Shown here in pieces: positions 1-9,087 of a DNA stretch of 64,000 nt; the first letter of the stretch is position 1; every line of letters starts with the position of its first letter. The DNA is taken from IMG/VR virus record IMGVR_UViG_3300030329_003925, positions 1 through 64,000 of that record, one strand, 5' to 3'. A model generated the notes under the pieces. It was given only the letters and a program-made list of their open reading frames with translations. It made no database searches and was not told the DNA's origin. The position numbers and the translations under genes are program-made. The DNA comes from a virus.

Positions 1-2
1 TT

Positions 3-134
3 TTTGCGTTGCAGCCATTCATCACTGTTCGCGATCACTATCACATCCCCTTCTTGTGATGCCTCTAAGATCATTCTTACATGTCCAATGTGGATGGGAT
101 CAAACCCACCGGAAACAACAATTTTTTTAACCAT
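3..134 (-). CDS. Cytidylyltransferase-family (HIGH) nucleotidyltransferase, 3' end outside window
   Basis: Manual translation MVKKIVVSGGFDPIHIGHVRMILEASQEGDVIVIANSDEW; GxFDxxHxGH motif. Confidence 0.85.
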   Translation of the reverse strand, partial: MVKKIVVSGGFDPIHIGHVRMILEASQEGDVIVIANSDEWLQRK

Positions 135-297
135 TTAGCTTCTCGATTAAACAATCTTGAATTTGAAATATTTTTCCTGCATCTGGAGAACCAAGCGCAG
201 TCTCGAATACATAGTAACTAGTCAGTGTTGCCACAACAGCCCCAAAAATCACTCCGATTGCGAACCCAACGTACCCCGATCCTAGTTTTTTTATCAT
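127..297 (-). CDS. Small membrane protein (56 aa)
   Basis: Manual translation MIKKLGSGYVGFAIGVIFGAVVATLTSYYVF; one hydrophobic helix; late-type motif upstream at 321-328. Confidence 0.6.
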   Translation of the reverse strand: MIKKLGSGYVGFAIGVIFGAVVATLTSYYVFETALGSPDAGKIFQIQDCLIEKLNG

Positions 298-361
298 TCA
301 TATACCCCCCATGTTCTCTTTAAATAGTTCCAAGCGAGAGCTAAATGATAAATTTATTTTA

Positions 362-438
362 TGGCACGCCCTAGAGGATTTGAACCTCTGACCCTCGGTT
401 TAGAAGACCGATGCTCTATCCAACTGAGCTAAGGGCGC
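362..438 (-). tRNA. tRNA-Arg(UCU), CCA encoded
   Basis: GCGCCCTTAGCTCAGTTGGATAGAGCA-TCGGT-CT-TCT-AA-ACCGA...GGTTCAAATCC...GGGCGTGCCA. Confidence 0.95.
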
Positions 439-854
439 TAAAAATCGCCCGCTTCTTCAATTTCTGGCATTTCTACTGGCTGCGTTGAGCTTGCAGCCAT
501 CGAATGCGGCACCGGAATCATTCCCACGAGCGGTTGATAAATAATCTCGGCGCTGCACTCAAGCATCCAGACATCAGCAGTGGGACCTTCGGTAGCTTCC
601 ACAAATACTGAACCATCCATGTCGCCAATATTATCCCTAATACTGTCTCCTGCTATGCCAATGGCATCGACATATGGTGATTTAGCCACTATCGCACCCG
701 TTCGGCAACCTGTTGCAACGGCATCTGCCAATTCATATCTCTGCAAAAGGTACCAGAAATAGTCAATTCCACCGAACACAAACGTGACAAATATTGGAAA
801 TATTAGCGCAAATTCAACTGCGTGACTACCTCGCCTCATCAGTCTTCTCATCAT
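438..854 (-). CDS. tadE: TadE/TadG-like pseudopilin
   Basis: RRG|SHAVEFALIFPIF prepilin motif with Glu+5, hydrophobic helix, then LADAVATGCR. Confidence 0.8.
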   Translation of the reverse strand: MMRRLMRRGSHAVEFALIFPIFVTFVFGGIDYFWYLLQRYELADAVATGCRTGAIVAKSPYVDAIGIAGDSIRDNIGDMDGSVFVEATEGPTADVWMLECSAEIIYQPLVGMIPVPHSMAASSTQPVEMPEIEEAGDF

Positions 855-996
855 CCTTCTCCAAAGTCCTGTGCAGATAATTATAGACTTCTTCTAGTTT
901 TTCCTGATAGTGTTGTTTGGTCCAGCCATCGTTGCGTGGGCTTCTCATATTAAGAGCCCACTCTTGTATCTCATGCAAAACGCTTCGTCGTCTCAT
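826..996 (-). CDS. Small hypothetical protein (56 aa)
   Basis: Manual translation MRRRSVLHEIQEWALNMRSPRNDGWTKQHY; AAGGAG RBS. Confidence 0.55.
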   Translation of the reverse strand: MRRRSVLHEIQEWALNMRSPRNDGWTKQHYQEKLEEVYNYLHRTLEKDDEKTDEAR

Positions 997-1008
997 GTTA
1001 TCTCCTTT

Positions 1009-1084
1009 TGGTAGGCTCGGTAAGACTTGAACTTACGACCAATCGCATATAAGGCGACTGCTCTAACCACTGAGCTACGAGCCC
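1009..1084 (-). tRNA. tRNA-Ile(UAU), CCA encoded
   Basis: GGGCTCGTAGCTCAGTGGTTAGAGCA-GTCGC-CT-TAT-AT-GCGAT...AGTTCAAGTCT...GAGCCTACCA. Confidence 0.9.
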
Positions 1085-1096
1085 GTGTCTTCTTAC

Positions 1097-1124
1097 AATA
1101 TAACCTAAGATGGGTTCGTGTCAA
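1097..1124 (-). promoter_or_regulatory. Sigma70-like promoter upstream of tRNA-Ile
   Basis: TTGACA-16 nt-TATATT. Confidence 0.7.
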
Positions 1125-1128
1125 GCTT

Positions 1129-1386
1129 TTATTTAATCTCTTCGTTTCCAAGCTCTGGTATAACAACTTCGTTACTTGTGTTTGTAGCTGCTCCAGCCGC
1201 AAGATCTGGCTCTCGCCTAAGAGTTTCCGGTCCTCGAAGACCAAGGCAGAACGGGACCTGAATGCAGGGCTCTGCTCCCCCTGTCCTCTGGTATTGGACA
1301 GATAAGAGATCCACTTTGTAGGTATTCAGTGTAAAATCACTCGCTACCAATTCTTCTGTTGGGATTGATTCAGCAGTTGTAGCCAT
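1129..1386 (-). CDS. Hypothetical protein
   Basis: 85-aa ORF, GGAGG RBS, late-type motif at 1409-1416. Confidence 0.6.
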   Translation of the reverse strand: MATTAESIPTEELVASDFTLNTYKVDLLSVQYQRTGGAEPCIQVPFCLGLRGPETLRREPDLAAGAATNTSNEVVIPELGNEEIK

Positions 1387-1444
1387 AGCAAAACCTCCGT
1401 CTGCAAAATAAATAGTGCAGCGGAGGGAATAAATAATAAAAAGA

Positions 1445-1773
1445 TGGAGGCGGTGGGAATCGAACCCACGTCCGAAATAATTTCCAACTCAAGTCATTCA
1501 CAGGCTTGTCTGATTTTTTCTAAATCAGCAAATGTTGCTTGTTAAATCCAACTACTCACAAGCATCAGTAGCGCGGGTGTTTTATTTTCAGCAGAACCAT
1601 CTGCTTATCTGGAATTGGGTAATAAGGTAACCAGAAACCCCACAAACTAAGCTGCTAGAGCGAGTTCGAAATGATTATTGTTATTGGCAATTATCAATTG
1701 GTTTGATTTTTTGAGTCATCACGACTGCCTGCACTATCCTCTTCTATCACTCCGTCGAATCCAAGGCGCCCCC
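1445..1773 (-). ncRNA. ssrA: tmRNA; tag peptide ANNNNHFELALAA* at 1647-1688; 3' CCA not encoded
   Basis: 5' GGGGGCGCCTTGGATTCGAC and 3' GGACGTGGGTTCGATTCCCACCGCCTCCA form an Ala acceptor stem with G3:U; internal ORF ends LAA-stop. Confidence 0.95.
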
Positions 1774-1782
1774 ATGTTTAAA

Positions 1783-1941
1783 TTAAGCCACGTTTAAAGT
1801 CGTGACAACTACATTTAAAGCTTCTGCTATTTTGCCATAAGTACCGCCCCATGCAGTCATAATAAGACCAAACATAACGCCAGTAATCATACCATATTCT
1901 ATAGCCGTAGCTCCGCTCTCGTCCTTAATGAACGTCATCAT
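1783..1941 (-). CDS. flp: Flp-family (type IVc/Tad) pilin, 52 aa (below ORF-track cutoff)
   Basis: MMTFIKDESG|ATAIEYGMITGVMFGLIMTAW: F-x-x-D-E-x-G|A-T-A-I-E-Y signature; AGGAG RBS. Confidence 0.9.
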   Translation of the reverse strand: MMTFIKDESGATAIEYGMITGVMFGLIMTAWGGTYGKIAEALNVVVTTLNVA

Positions 1942-2064
1942 AATTTTCTCCTAAGAACTCACCCCTTGAGTTCCAACTAAGTAGTATTAGAAGATTGATT
2001 AAGAGTTTATTTATTTTCTTTATTATATCTTAGATTAAGAACATAACTAAGAATTTTAAGTCTG

Positions 2065-2424
2065 TCAAGTAGATTCTTCAAAATAATCTTCAATATGGTA
2101 TTTTTTCGATAAGTTTCTGAAGTCTTTGGGTCTTAAGCCAAGAAATCTCATAGCTTCTCCCTTGGTTTTGGTTGCTGAGCAAGCAAACTTTAGAAGGGCA
2201 TCTCGCACTATGTATGGCATAGCATACCAGAGAGGAAAGCCGTATAAGCGATTACCTACTGGCTGTGACGATAATTGTAACTTTAAGCCAATCACCTCCT
2301 CAAGTGTCAGATTAGCCAGTGTTATCTCAAAGGTCTCGCTTATACGACCTTCCTGTCTCAGTTTTCGGGAAAGATTATAATTTTTAGTCGTTCCCGTATG
2401 TGTTCGCTTTCGCTTCCAAGACAT
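2065..2424 (-). CDS. Hypothetical protein with possible C-terminal Fis-like HTH
   Basis: TKGEAMRFLGLRPKDFRNLSKKYHI resembles a Fis-type HTH. Confidence 0.5.
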   Translation of the reverse strand: MSWKRKRTHTGTTKNYNLSRKLRQEGRISETFEITLANLTLEEVIGLKLQLSSQPVGNRLYGFPLWYAMPYIVRDALLKFACSATKTKGEAMRFLGLRPKDFRNLSKKYHIEDYFEEST

Positions 2425-3185
2425 TAAAGTTCCGTGTCTTCTAATTCGGCACTTTCAACATCTTCAGCAGCTTCTTCATCCGAAGCCTCTTCATATTCTG
2501 GTGTGGTGATATCAGGGACATCGTTTGCAAGCTCATCTTCGAACTTGTCAAAGTAAAGTTTTACGTTTGTGAGCAGATAGTCATAAAATATTTTCTTGTC
2601 CTCGTCGTCCGATAGTAGTTCGTAAGCATCAAGGATATTTTGTTCGACCTTTTTGAATGCGTTGAAAGCCACGTTTCTTCCAGTTTGGTCCAACTCAGAT
2701 CCTTCCAGACCACTAGAAAACTCATCTTTGGGATCAATTTCTTCGTCGCCTCCGGGGTCAATGTCAATAAACCTATCGTCAGTCTCATCATCCACGCTGA
2801 TATCAATATCTTCCTTCACCATAATTCCAGCTTGATCATTTGTAGATGCCACAGCAATGATATTTTGAATTCCATTAAGGATGTGTGCTCGGAAAGACCC
2901 TCGCTGCTCTTCGCTTGTTGTCAGCGACTTAAAATCGGTTTCGAGAACAGGAATAATTTTCTTCAGGAGGTCTTCCAAAACATTAATGCCTGTAGAACGA
3001 TTGGGAATTTCGTCAGGTACGGCAGCTTTTTCCACAAGGATGGAGCGAATAGCTTTGCGAAGCAACTGCTCAGCCATCACCTCTTTAGACTTCTCTTCCC
3101 TTTGGCGCGTCTTTACAACTTTGATAATTTTGCGGATATTTTCACGCAAAAGCATTTCTTGAACCAGATCGTCTCTTTTCATCAT
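2424..3185 (-). CDS. Acidic hypothetical protein, likely virion/head-associated
   Basis: 253-aa ORF with repeated LxE/IxE segments; late motif at 3209-3216. Confidence 0.6.
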   Translation of the reverse strand: MMKRDDLVQEMLLRENIRKIIKVVKTRQREEKSKEVMAEQLLRKAIRSILVEKAAVPDEIPNRSTGINVLEDLLKKIIPVLETDFKSLTTSEEQRGSFRAHILNGIQNIIAVASTNDQAGIMVKEDIDISVDDETDDRFIDIDPGGDEEIDPKDEFSSGLEGSELDQTGRNVAFNAFKKVEQNILDAYELLSDDEDKKIFYDYLLTNVKLYFDKFEDELANDVPDITTPEYEEASDEEAAEDVESAELEDTEL

Positions 3186-6100
3186 ACAGAACTCCCAATA
3201 TCTTTCAATAAATAGTTCATAACTTCCTTAATCATCACTTCTTGCTGAATAAGAGCACCTTTCATGTCAAGTTGTGAGCGTTTCTTTTCTTCTTCGTTGT
3301 CTTTATCGACCTCTTTGTTGTTCCAAGGACCGCCCTGAGCACCAACAGCACCTTCAACGCTTCCTCCGCCCATTGAAGAAATTTCTTCGATAGGTTCTAT
3401 GCCCGCAGCATCACGAATTTCATCATAGGCAATCTTATATTGATTTTTTGCCTTGACAGGAGTATCTTCAGGAGCTATATTGGAATACCAAGTTTCGAAG
3501 TCAGACTGTAAAGCAGTTTCTCTTGCTTGAGTTCCGCTCATCAGTCGAGGAGTTTCGATCAACTTGACGAGAACATCACCGTTCTCATCTTTATCAATGG
3601 GGGAATAATCGTGGTCTTCAAGATAGAGGCTCGGACTAAACGACCGAAGTGTCTTCATGTATTCACCGATTCGGTCGGCTCCTGCGAGCCACCCAGCCAC
3701 CTTGTATCCTTTATCGTGTAAGTCTTCCATCAGATCCACGATGTATCCGCTCTTTGGAAATTTATCAGCTACGATCACTTCGGGGTCGCCTTCATAGATT
3801 GCTGAAACCAAATCATACTGCTCTTTTTCGCTAAGAGGGTTTTCGGTTTTATCTTTACTTGTTCCGGCTCCTTTGACGAGCATAATATATATTGCATCTG
3901 CACCAGTATCAGCAAGCGCTTTCTTGCCTTTCTTGACCATTGCATCGTGACCAAGGTGCCAAGGCTGGGCTCGACCATTCCAGATGATCACCCTCTTTCT
4001 AAAATCATCTCTGGGATCTCGACCAGTTCCAGTTTCGAAGTTTACAATGCGGTCAACACGGAATCCAAGTACAGCGTTTAGGAGATTGATGTAGTAGGCT
4101 TTGCCACTTAGTTCGCTGTTTGCAGCCTCTTTAAGCGCAGCTATCTTTTTTTCGATCTGGGCATAGAATTCCTTTGTTTTTCGCACTGAATCAGCATCAA
4201 GCTTGGAAGCGTTCTTTTTAAACTCGGCTTTATCGGATTTAAGCTGAGAGACAAAAGTTTTTATTGCCTTTTTAGCCTCGGCTTTCGTTTCATCGAAGTT
4301 TATTGTGCCCTCGACCAAATAAGGGACGAGAAACTCCAAGAACTCCACCTTGCGTTGAGCACCGCCTTTTGTCGGAATAAATTCTTCAGCCGCTGCTCGA
4401 ATGGCACGGTTTAAAGCTGCTGGCTGGACCGTTTTGGTCCCAAGGATATCTTTGGCAAAGTGATTTTCAAGTGCTTTCTCAAGGTTGAGAACTTTTACGC
4501 GATCTTCCCAGAAGAAATTCTTTCGTTCATCGAACATGTCCGAGGTGCCTTTGACTTCATACACATCACCATTGACTTTCTTGATTTTCAGCACAACGCC
4601 TTCGATATATGAGTCTTCGCCACCCAAGTTGGATGATGCCTCATTCGCAAACCCATTAAGGGCATCCTGCAAGGCTTGACCTACGCGATCCAATTCGGCA
4701 ACAAGTTCTCTCTTCTCGGGAGATCCCTTACGGCTCGACACCAACTCTAACCCTTTCTCAAAACTGGATTTATCCTTAAGGTAGTTTGCCAAGGTTTTGC
4801 CGATATCGACGTGAAATACACCGCCCATTTTCATGTCTTCGTTGTTCGTGTATACTCGCCACTCACTTGCCCAGCCAGTTTGCACAGACTCGTATTTAAG
4901 GAGGCTTGTTAATTCGTTATTTTGATCGGGGGTAACATTGTACCAGTTCTGTCGATCTGAATTCCAGAGCTTGCAATTAAAAAGCACAAAGGCTCCTTTG
5001 GTCCCAAGCTTGTCTTTTGCGTATGGGGTCCCAACAAAGATGATATTCCCTTCGGCATTGCCCTTATGGGTCAAGACCGGGAACAACTCTGCGTCATATC
5101 GGAATGGTCCCACTCTTTCAAAGATATCCTTAAGCGATTCCTGAAAGTTTGCGTCACCTTGAAGATACTTGAAGGATTCGAGCAAATCGGAGTTAAAACC
5201 AAATCTTTTCTCAACGTTTTTCGCATAAACGGGTCCACTGTTGCTGGACTCCATGAAAAAGGTGCCTTTTTTGTCGAGACCAAAATGACAGAACATCGAA
5301 TCCATCTTCTCAACCAAATCAACGGATGAGACTTCATCAAAATCGATGTCAAAAGCAACTTTGCCTTCGTTATTGGTCTCATCCACAAGCGTCCGCAGAA
5401 CATCAAAGGCTGTCTTGCGGTTAAATTTGTTTTTTCCCGAGAATCGACCGATACCTGCTCTCGCTTCCTGAAGGGGTTCCTCAACTTTAACAGGCTCCCA
5501 CGTCTTCTTCATGAGCTTGCCAAGGGCTTTCATTCCAAGATCATATTCTTCTCTGGAAATACTGTTTTTAAGGTTCATTTCGGCACTTTCAACAAACTTG
5601 TCCCAAATATTGTCCCTGTCGCCCCCGCTTTTGTGCGTTCCGATGAATTCTGCTAACTGTGAAGCATGATATATGGTTGACCCAGAAGCTTCAGGGTGAT
5701 TTAAAATTGTGCGTGCCAAATTATCGAGATTTTCGAAACCAATCCTTGCTTCAGACTCAACGTTAATGCTTTTTCGAGACATTTTATCGGGATCGTTTCT
5801 TTTCGGCTTTCGAAGGTCTAGAACGAGTTTCAAGCCGCGCTCGCCGAGAGAAAAGCGAGCGCCAACCGGCTTCCATCCCAGCTTTTCTTGCTTTTGAAGC
5901 ATTTTAGCGAATTCTGTATCAGGATTGTCTTGCGCAGAGTCCAAAATAGCCTCAAAGGCGTCATTTTGCTCTAATTCCATTGCAGCAGCGGATGCGCGAA
6001 GCAAAATTATTGAAAAGGCGCCTTTAACATGAGACGCGAGGTCAATAAAACTGCTTTTCTGAAAGAACTCTTTTGTGGCGCGGTTATTGGCTACATCCAA

Positions 6101-6652
6101 CAGATCCACTTGAAAGACTCGGTTTCCCGCCCTCACAGCAATATGAATCTCGTCCTTTCCCAGCTTGGTTGCATACACAGAGGAATCGATTTCCTCAATG
6201 GCGGCAGCAATCTCTTTCGCCGGAGCCTTGAAAACCACGTCAATGTCAAGGTCTCCATAATCAGTCTTCTTATTTGATGCCATATTGATGATATCGGCAG
6301 TCTCGAACTCATCTGTAGCAACGACATCAGCGCCATACTGTTTAAGGGCTGCAAGTCGTGTAGAGCCAACCTGAAAGCGAGGAGGAACAGACGTATCAAG
6401 GAGGTCTTTTTGACCGAGGAGATATAAAATTTTTCCCAAATACGTCTGATCATCAACATCGGGGAAAGTTCCGTACTTTTCCGGCAGGATCATCGATAAA
6501 TCCGCATCTGTAATCTTAGAGTAAGTCATCCGTCGATCAATGTTGTCAGGATGATCAATCAGTTTTTTCTGAATCAGAGAATCTGCCGCATTCCCGCCTT
6601 CAGAAAGGAGATCTTTTACCAGACTGAAAAGAGTTTGCTGCAAATTGGTCAT
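3182..6652 (-). CDS. Multidomain nucleotidyltransferase: pol-beta-type NTase + RNA-ligase-like domain + HIGH-type (NMNAT/cytidylyltransferase-like) domain
   Basis: GS...GDLDID...QVD; EKMD, YDAEL, FVLF, EGVVLK, EVK; GRAQPWHLGH...NPLS...MSGT. Confidence 0.7.
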   Translation of the reverse strand: MTNLQQTLFSLVKDLLSEGGNAADSLIQKKLIDHPDNIDRRMTYSKITDADLSMILPEKYGTFPDVDDQTYLGKILYLLGQKDLLDTSVPPRFQVGSTRLAALKQYGADVVATDEFETADIINMASNKKTDYGDLDIDVVFKAPAKEIAAAIEEIDSSVYATKLGKDEIHIAVRAGNRVFQVDLLDVANNRATKEFFQKSSFIDLASHVKGAFSIILLRASAAAMELEQNDAFEAILDSAQDNPDTEFAKMLQKQEKLGWKPVGARFSLGERGLKLVLDLRKPKRNDPDKMSRKSINVESEARIGFENLDNLARTILNHPEASGSTIYHASQLAEFIGTHKSGGDRDNIWDKFVESAEMNLKNSISREEYDLGMKALGKLMKKTWEPVKVEEPLQEARAGIGRFSGKNKFNRKTAFDVLRTLVDETNNEGKVAFDIDFDEVSSVDLVEKMDSMFCHFGLDKKGTFFMESSNSGPVYAKNVEKRFGFNSDLLESFKYLQGDANFQESLKDIFERVGPFRYDAELFPVLTHKGNAEGNIIFVGTPYAKDKLGTKGAFVLFNCKLWNSDRQNWYNVTPDQNNELTSLLKYESVQTGWASEWRVYTNNEDMKMGGVFHVDIGKTLANYLKDKSSFEKGLELVSSRKGSPEKRELVAELDRVGQALQDALNGFANEASSNLGGEDSYIEGVVLKIKKVNGDVYEVKGTSDMFDERKNFFWEDRVKVLNLEKALENHFAKDILGTKTVQPAALNRAIRAAAEEFIPTKGGAQRKVEFLEFLVPYLVEGTINFDETKAEAKKAIKTFVSQLKSDKAEFKKNASKLDADSVRKTKEFYAQIEKKIAALKEAANSELSGKAYYINLLNAVLGFRVDRIVNFETGTGRDPRDDFRKRVIIWNGRAQPWHLGHDAMVKKGKKALADTGADAIYIMLVKGAGTSKDKTENPLSEKEQYDLVSAIYEGDPEVIVADKFPKSGYIVDLMEDLHDKGYKVAGWLAGADRIGEYMKTLRSFSPSLYLEDHDYSPIDKDENGDVLVKLIETPRLMSGTQARETALQSDFETWYSNIAPEDTPVKAKNQYKIAYDEIRDAAGIEPIEEISSMGGGSVEGAVGAQGGPWNNKEVDKDNEEEKKRSQLDMKGALIQQEVMIKEVMNYLLKDIGSSV

Positions 6653-6924
6653 TTTATCTTCTCTTCTTCCAACACTCCGATATGCTCTTCAAGAAGGGTA
6701 ATTTTCTCTTCCAGCTTGCGAACGTGACGCTTAATTTCACGCAAGTTTTGCCTTGCCATGTCCATACGCCTTTCGTCTGTTCGAGATCGTGGACGCACCT
6801 GAGCCAAAATCTCAGAAAGATTCTGGATATAAGATGCTACCCCTGCGACTCGTGATTCGCCAAGTAAAAACTTTCGGGTTATGGAGCCGAGATCCATCAT
6901 AGCCTCAGCCCTTTTTGGATACAA
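6649..6924 (-). CDS. Coiled-coil hypothetical protein
   Basis: 91-aa ORF overlapping both neighbours. Confidence 0.6.
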   Translation of the reverse strand: MYPKRAEAMMDLGSITRKFLLGESRVAGVASYIQNLSEILAQVRPRSRTDERRMDMARQNLREIKRHVRKLEEKITLLEEHIGVLEEEKIK

Positions 6925-7831
6925 ATTGTTTTAATGCTTCACGAACAGCTTTACGGATTTTGGCTTCATCCAGAGAAACACCTTCGTCAGATGCCTCTTC
7001 CATTGGTCGCAAATTGGTATTTTCTCCAGTCTTACGATTTCGTGGATCTTCCCGGCTTGAGACAGTTTCGTCAACGTGCCTCTCGTCATAGTCGCGATCA
7101 TGCTCTAAGGCATCAAGGTGGTGCCGAATGGCTGCGATATGGTCATCGTCATGTTCGACGTTGCGCTCATAATGTTCGCCCTCTTCTTCTCCACTATCTT
7201 CCTCAAGAGCGTCTTTCTTGATGTGACCCATATAGGTCTCATCTTCGTCGTCGCCTTCATATCCAGACATGCCAGTGTTTTTGTCAGCCTCTTCTTCAAC
7301 TTTGGCAGCAGGAATATTAAATTTTTCCCGAATCAAAGTTGCCATTTCAGCGTTCTTCCATTCAAATAGTTTCATTTTTCTATCTCCTCTAGAATAGTAA
7401 TTAGACTCTTGTAATTGTTTTTTATGGGTATCTTCCCAATCTCTGAAACACATGTTGCCCTCTAAATAGGCTTCTTCTTCCATAGAACGCAAATGTTTAT
7501 CGTTTTGTGCGTAACCTTCCCCCATTTCTCCCATTTTATCAAACTCGCCGTCACAGTTTTGCTTGTGATGGACTAACTCGTGTGACAGCGACCTTAAGAT
7601 ATCTTTGGGGTGACGCTGATCAGTGTAAACAGTAACTTCCATGCTGTCTGGACTGTAGTGTGCTGTCTTCCCAAGTGGTAACTGGGCGTTATCCTTGTCG
7701 GAAACAAAGAAAAGGCTAGGAGGCTTCTTGAATCCCATTCTGTTGGTAGCATACTTTAAAAAACTCGAAAGGATGGGCTTAAACTGCTGATAATCCAGAG
7801 AATCTGATTTGTTGACGACTTTATATTTCAT
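6905..7831 (-). CDS. Zincin-like metallopeptidase domain plus acidic C-terminal region
   Basis: DILRSLSHELVHHKQ (HExxH) with downstream EEEAY. Confidence 0.7.
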   Translation of the reverse strand: MKYKVVNKSDSLDYQQFKPILSSFLKYATNRMGFKKPPSLFFVSDKDNAQLPLGKTAHYSPDSMEVTVYTDQRHPKDILRSLSHELVHHKQNCDGEFDKMGEMGEGYAQNDKHLRSMEEEAYLEGNMCFRDWEDTHKKQLQESNYYSRGDRKMKLFEWKNAEMATLIREKFNIPAAKVEEEADKNTGMSGYEGDDEDETYMGHIKKDALEEDSGEEEGEHYERNVEHDDDHIAAIRHHLDALEHDRDYDERHVDETVSSREDPRNRKTGENTNLRPMEEASDEGVSLDEAKIRKAVREALKQFVSKKG

Positions 7832-8078
7832 CTGCTTTGCTCTCCGATACTTTCTTGAGGCTCATTATTGGAATTGAAACAGTGATGTTGTCTCTGAAAC
7901 GAACTACTTTGGCAAGTACCACATTTCTGCCCCCTCTCATTGCTTCTAATATCTCCACTATTACCCCAAAATCCTTGCCTTCTGTCGCTCCTAATGATTT
8001 CCAACTAACCAAATCTCCCACTTTAAACTTTTTCGCCGTATTCATCCCCAACGAACGCCAGCGATCCTCGATCATCAC
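7821..8078 (-). CDS. KOW/SH3-like small protein
   Basis: FKVGDLVSWK...GVIVEI. Confidence 0.55.
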   Translation of the reverse strand: MMIEDRWRSLGMNTAKKFKVGDLVSWKSLGATEGKDFGVIVEILEAMRGGRNVVLAKVVRFRDNITVSIPIMSLKKVSESKADEI

Positions 8079-8079
8079 A

Positions 8080-8719
8080 TCACACCTCGGGAGTTGTCAT
8101 ATCCAAATCGTCTTCACCAACTTGTGCATCTATAGTAGCAGAAACATAATCGAGGGCGCGTTGAACTCTAGCCATAGGAAAATCTCTTATCTTTTCTCCG
8201 TCACTTGAACTAATCGCTCCACTTTTCATTCCATCACGAATAGATTTGGTCAAGTCGTGTAAGAGACCAATAATTCTTTCAGCTTGTTCATCAAATTCCA
8301 CCAGTTTATTGAGTGGGTCGTAATTTCTAACTTTTGCAACTGGTTCATTGCTTATAACGGGAGAGCCCAATGCAGTATACTCGTTAATCATTTCAATCAA
8401 AAATTCTTTAGTCAGTGTCTTCACTTTGCATCCCCTTTACGGTTTTATCGATACTATCAACCATCTCATCAATAGCTACAGTAATATTCATTTCTTCTCC
8501 GGCAAGTTCCGTGTTGATTCCACGAAGCATTTCACCCATGTCCATAATCTGATCACGCATTCCCTCTAACTCTGCCGATATTCGTTCCAACGCCTCGATA
8601 TTTTGTTGCTGTATCTCTTCGGCGGCGGGAGGCTCCGGCTCGTCAATACCAAGCTCTAATTCTTCTTCAGAAATGGTAGCTCGTATCATTTCTCGAATAA
8701 ATTCTTGTGAGAGTTTCAT
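8080..8719 (-). CDS. Two tagged hypothetical proteins (8080-8424, 8408-8719)
   Basis: N-termini MKTLTKEFLIEMINE and MKLSQEFIREMIR; late motif at 8742-8749. Confidence 0.6.
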
Positions 8720-8777
8720 ATTTTAAGTCTCCAATACAGTATAAATAGTACCTTAAAGACTTAAAAAGTATCTCAAA

Positions 8778-9029
8778 TTAATTAAAGCCCAGATCAACCA
8801 CTTCCTCTTCGGGAATCATTAAAAACTGGAAGGGCGCCCTCACTAAAACCCTGCCTTTATGGTCTGTATCTTCTGATATCTGCACAATCTCAATTCCACG
8901 AGGAGATTCTACCATTGTTCGGGTTACTGGGTCATAAAACCAATCCATTCCTGACCCACTAATCATCTGATATGGAAATGGTTCTGTATCTGCGCTGCCT
9001 GTAGTTTCCATGAGATAACTCAAAATCAT
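8778..9029 (-). CDS. Hypothetical protein
   Basis: 83-aa ORF, late-type motif at 9055-9062. Confidence 0.55.
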   Translation of the reverse strand: MILSYLMETTGSADTEPFPYQMISGSGMDWFYDPVTRTMVESPRGIEIVQISEDTDHKGRVLVRAPFQFLMIPEEEVVDLGFN

Positions 9030-9087
9030 ATGTTGTACCCCGCACTATGTAAAATAACTAGGATTCAAAAACACTAAAACACTCTCA

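Noticed and set aside
362-1773. tRNA/tmRNA as a prophage attachment site
   Set aside because: No integrase and no duplicated 3' end were seen; phage-type organisation continues on both sides.
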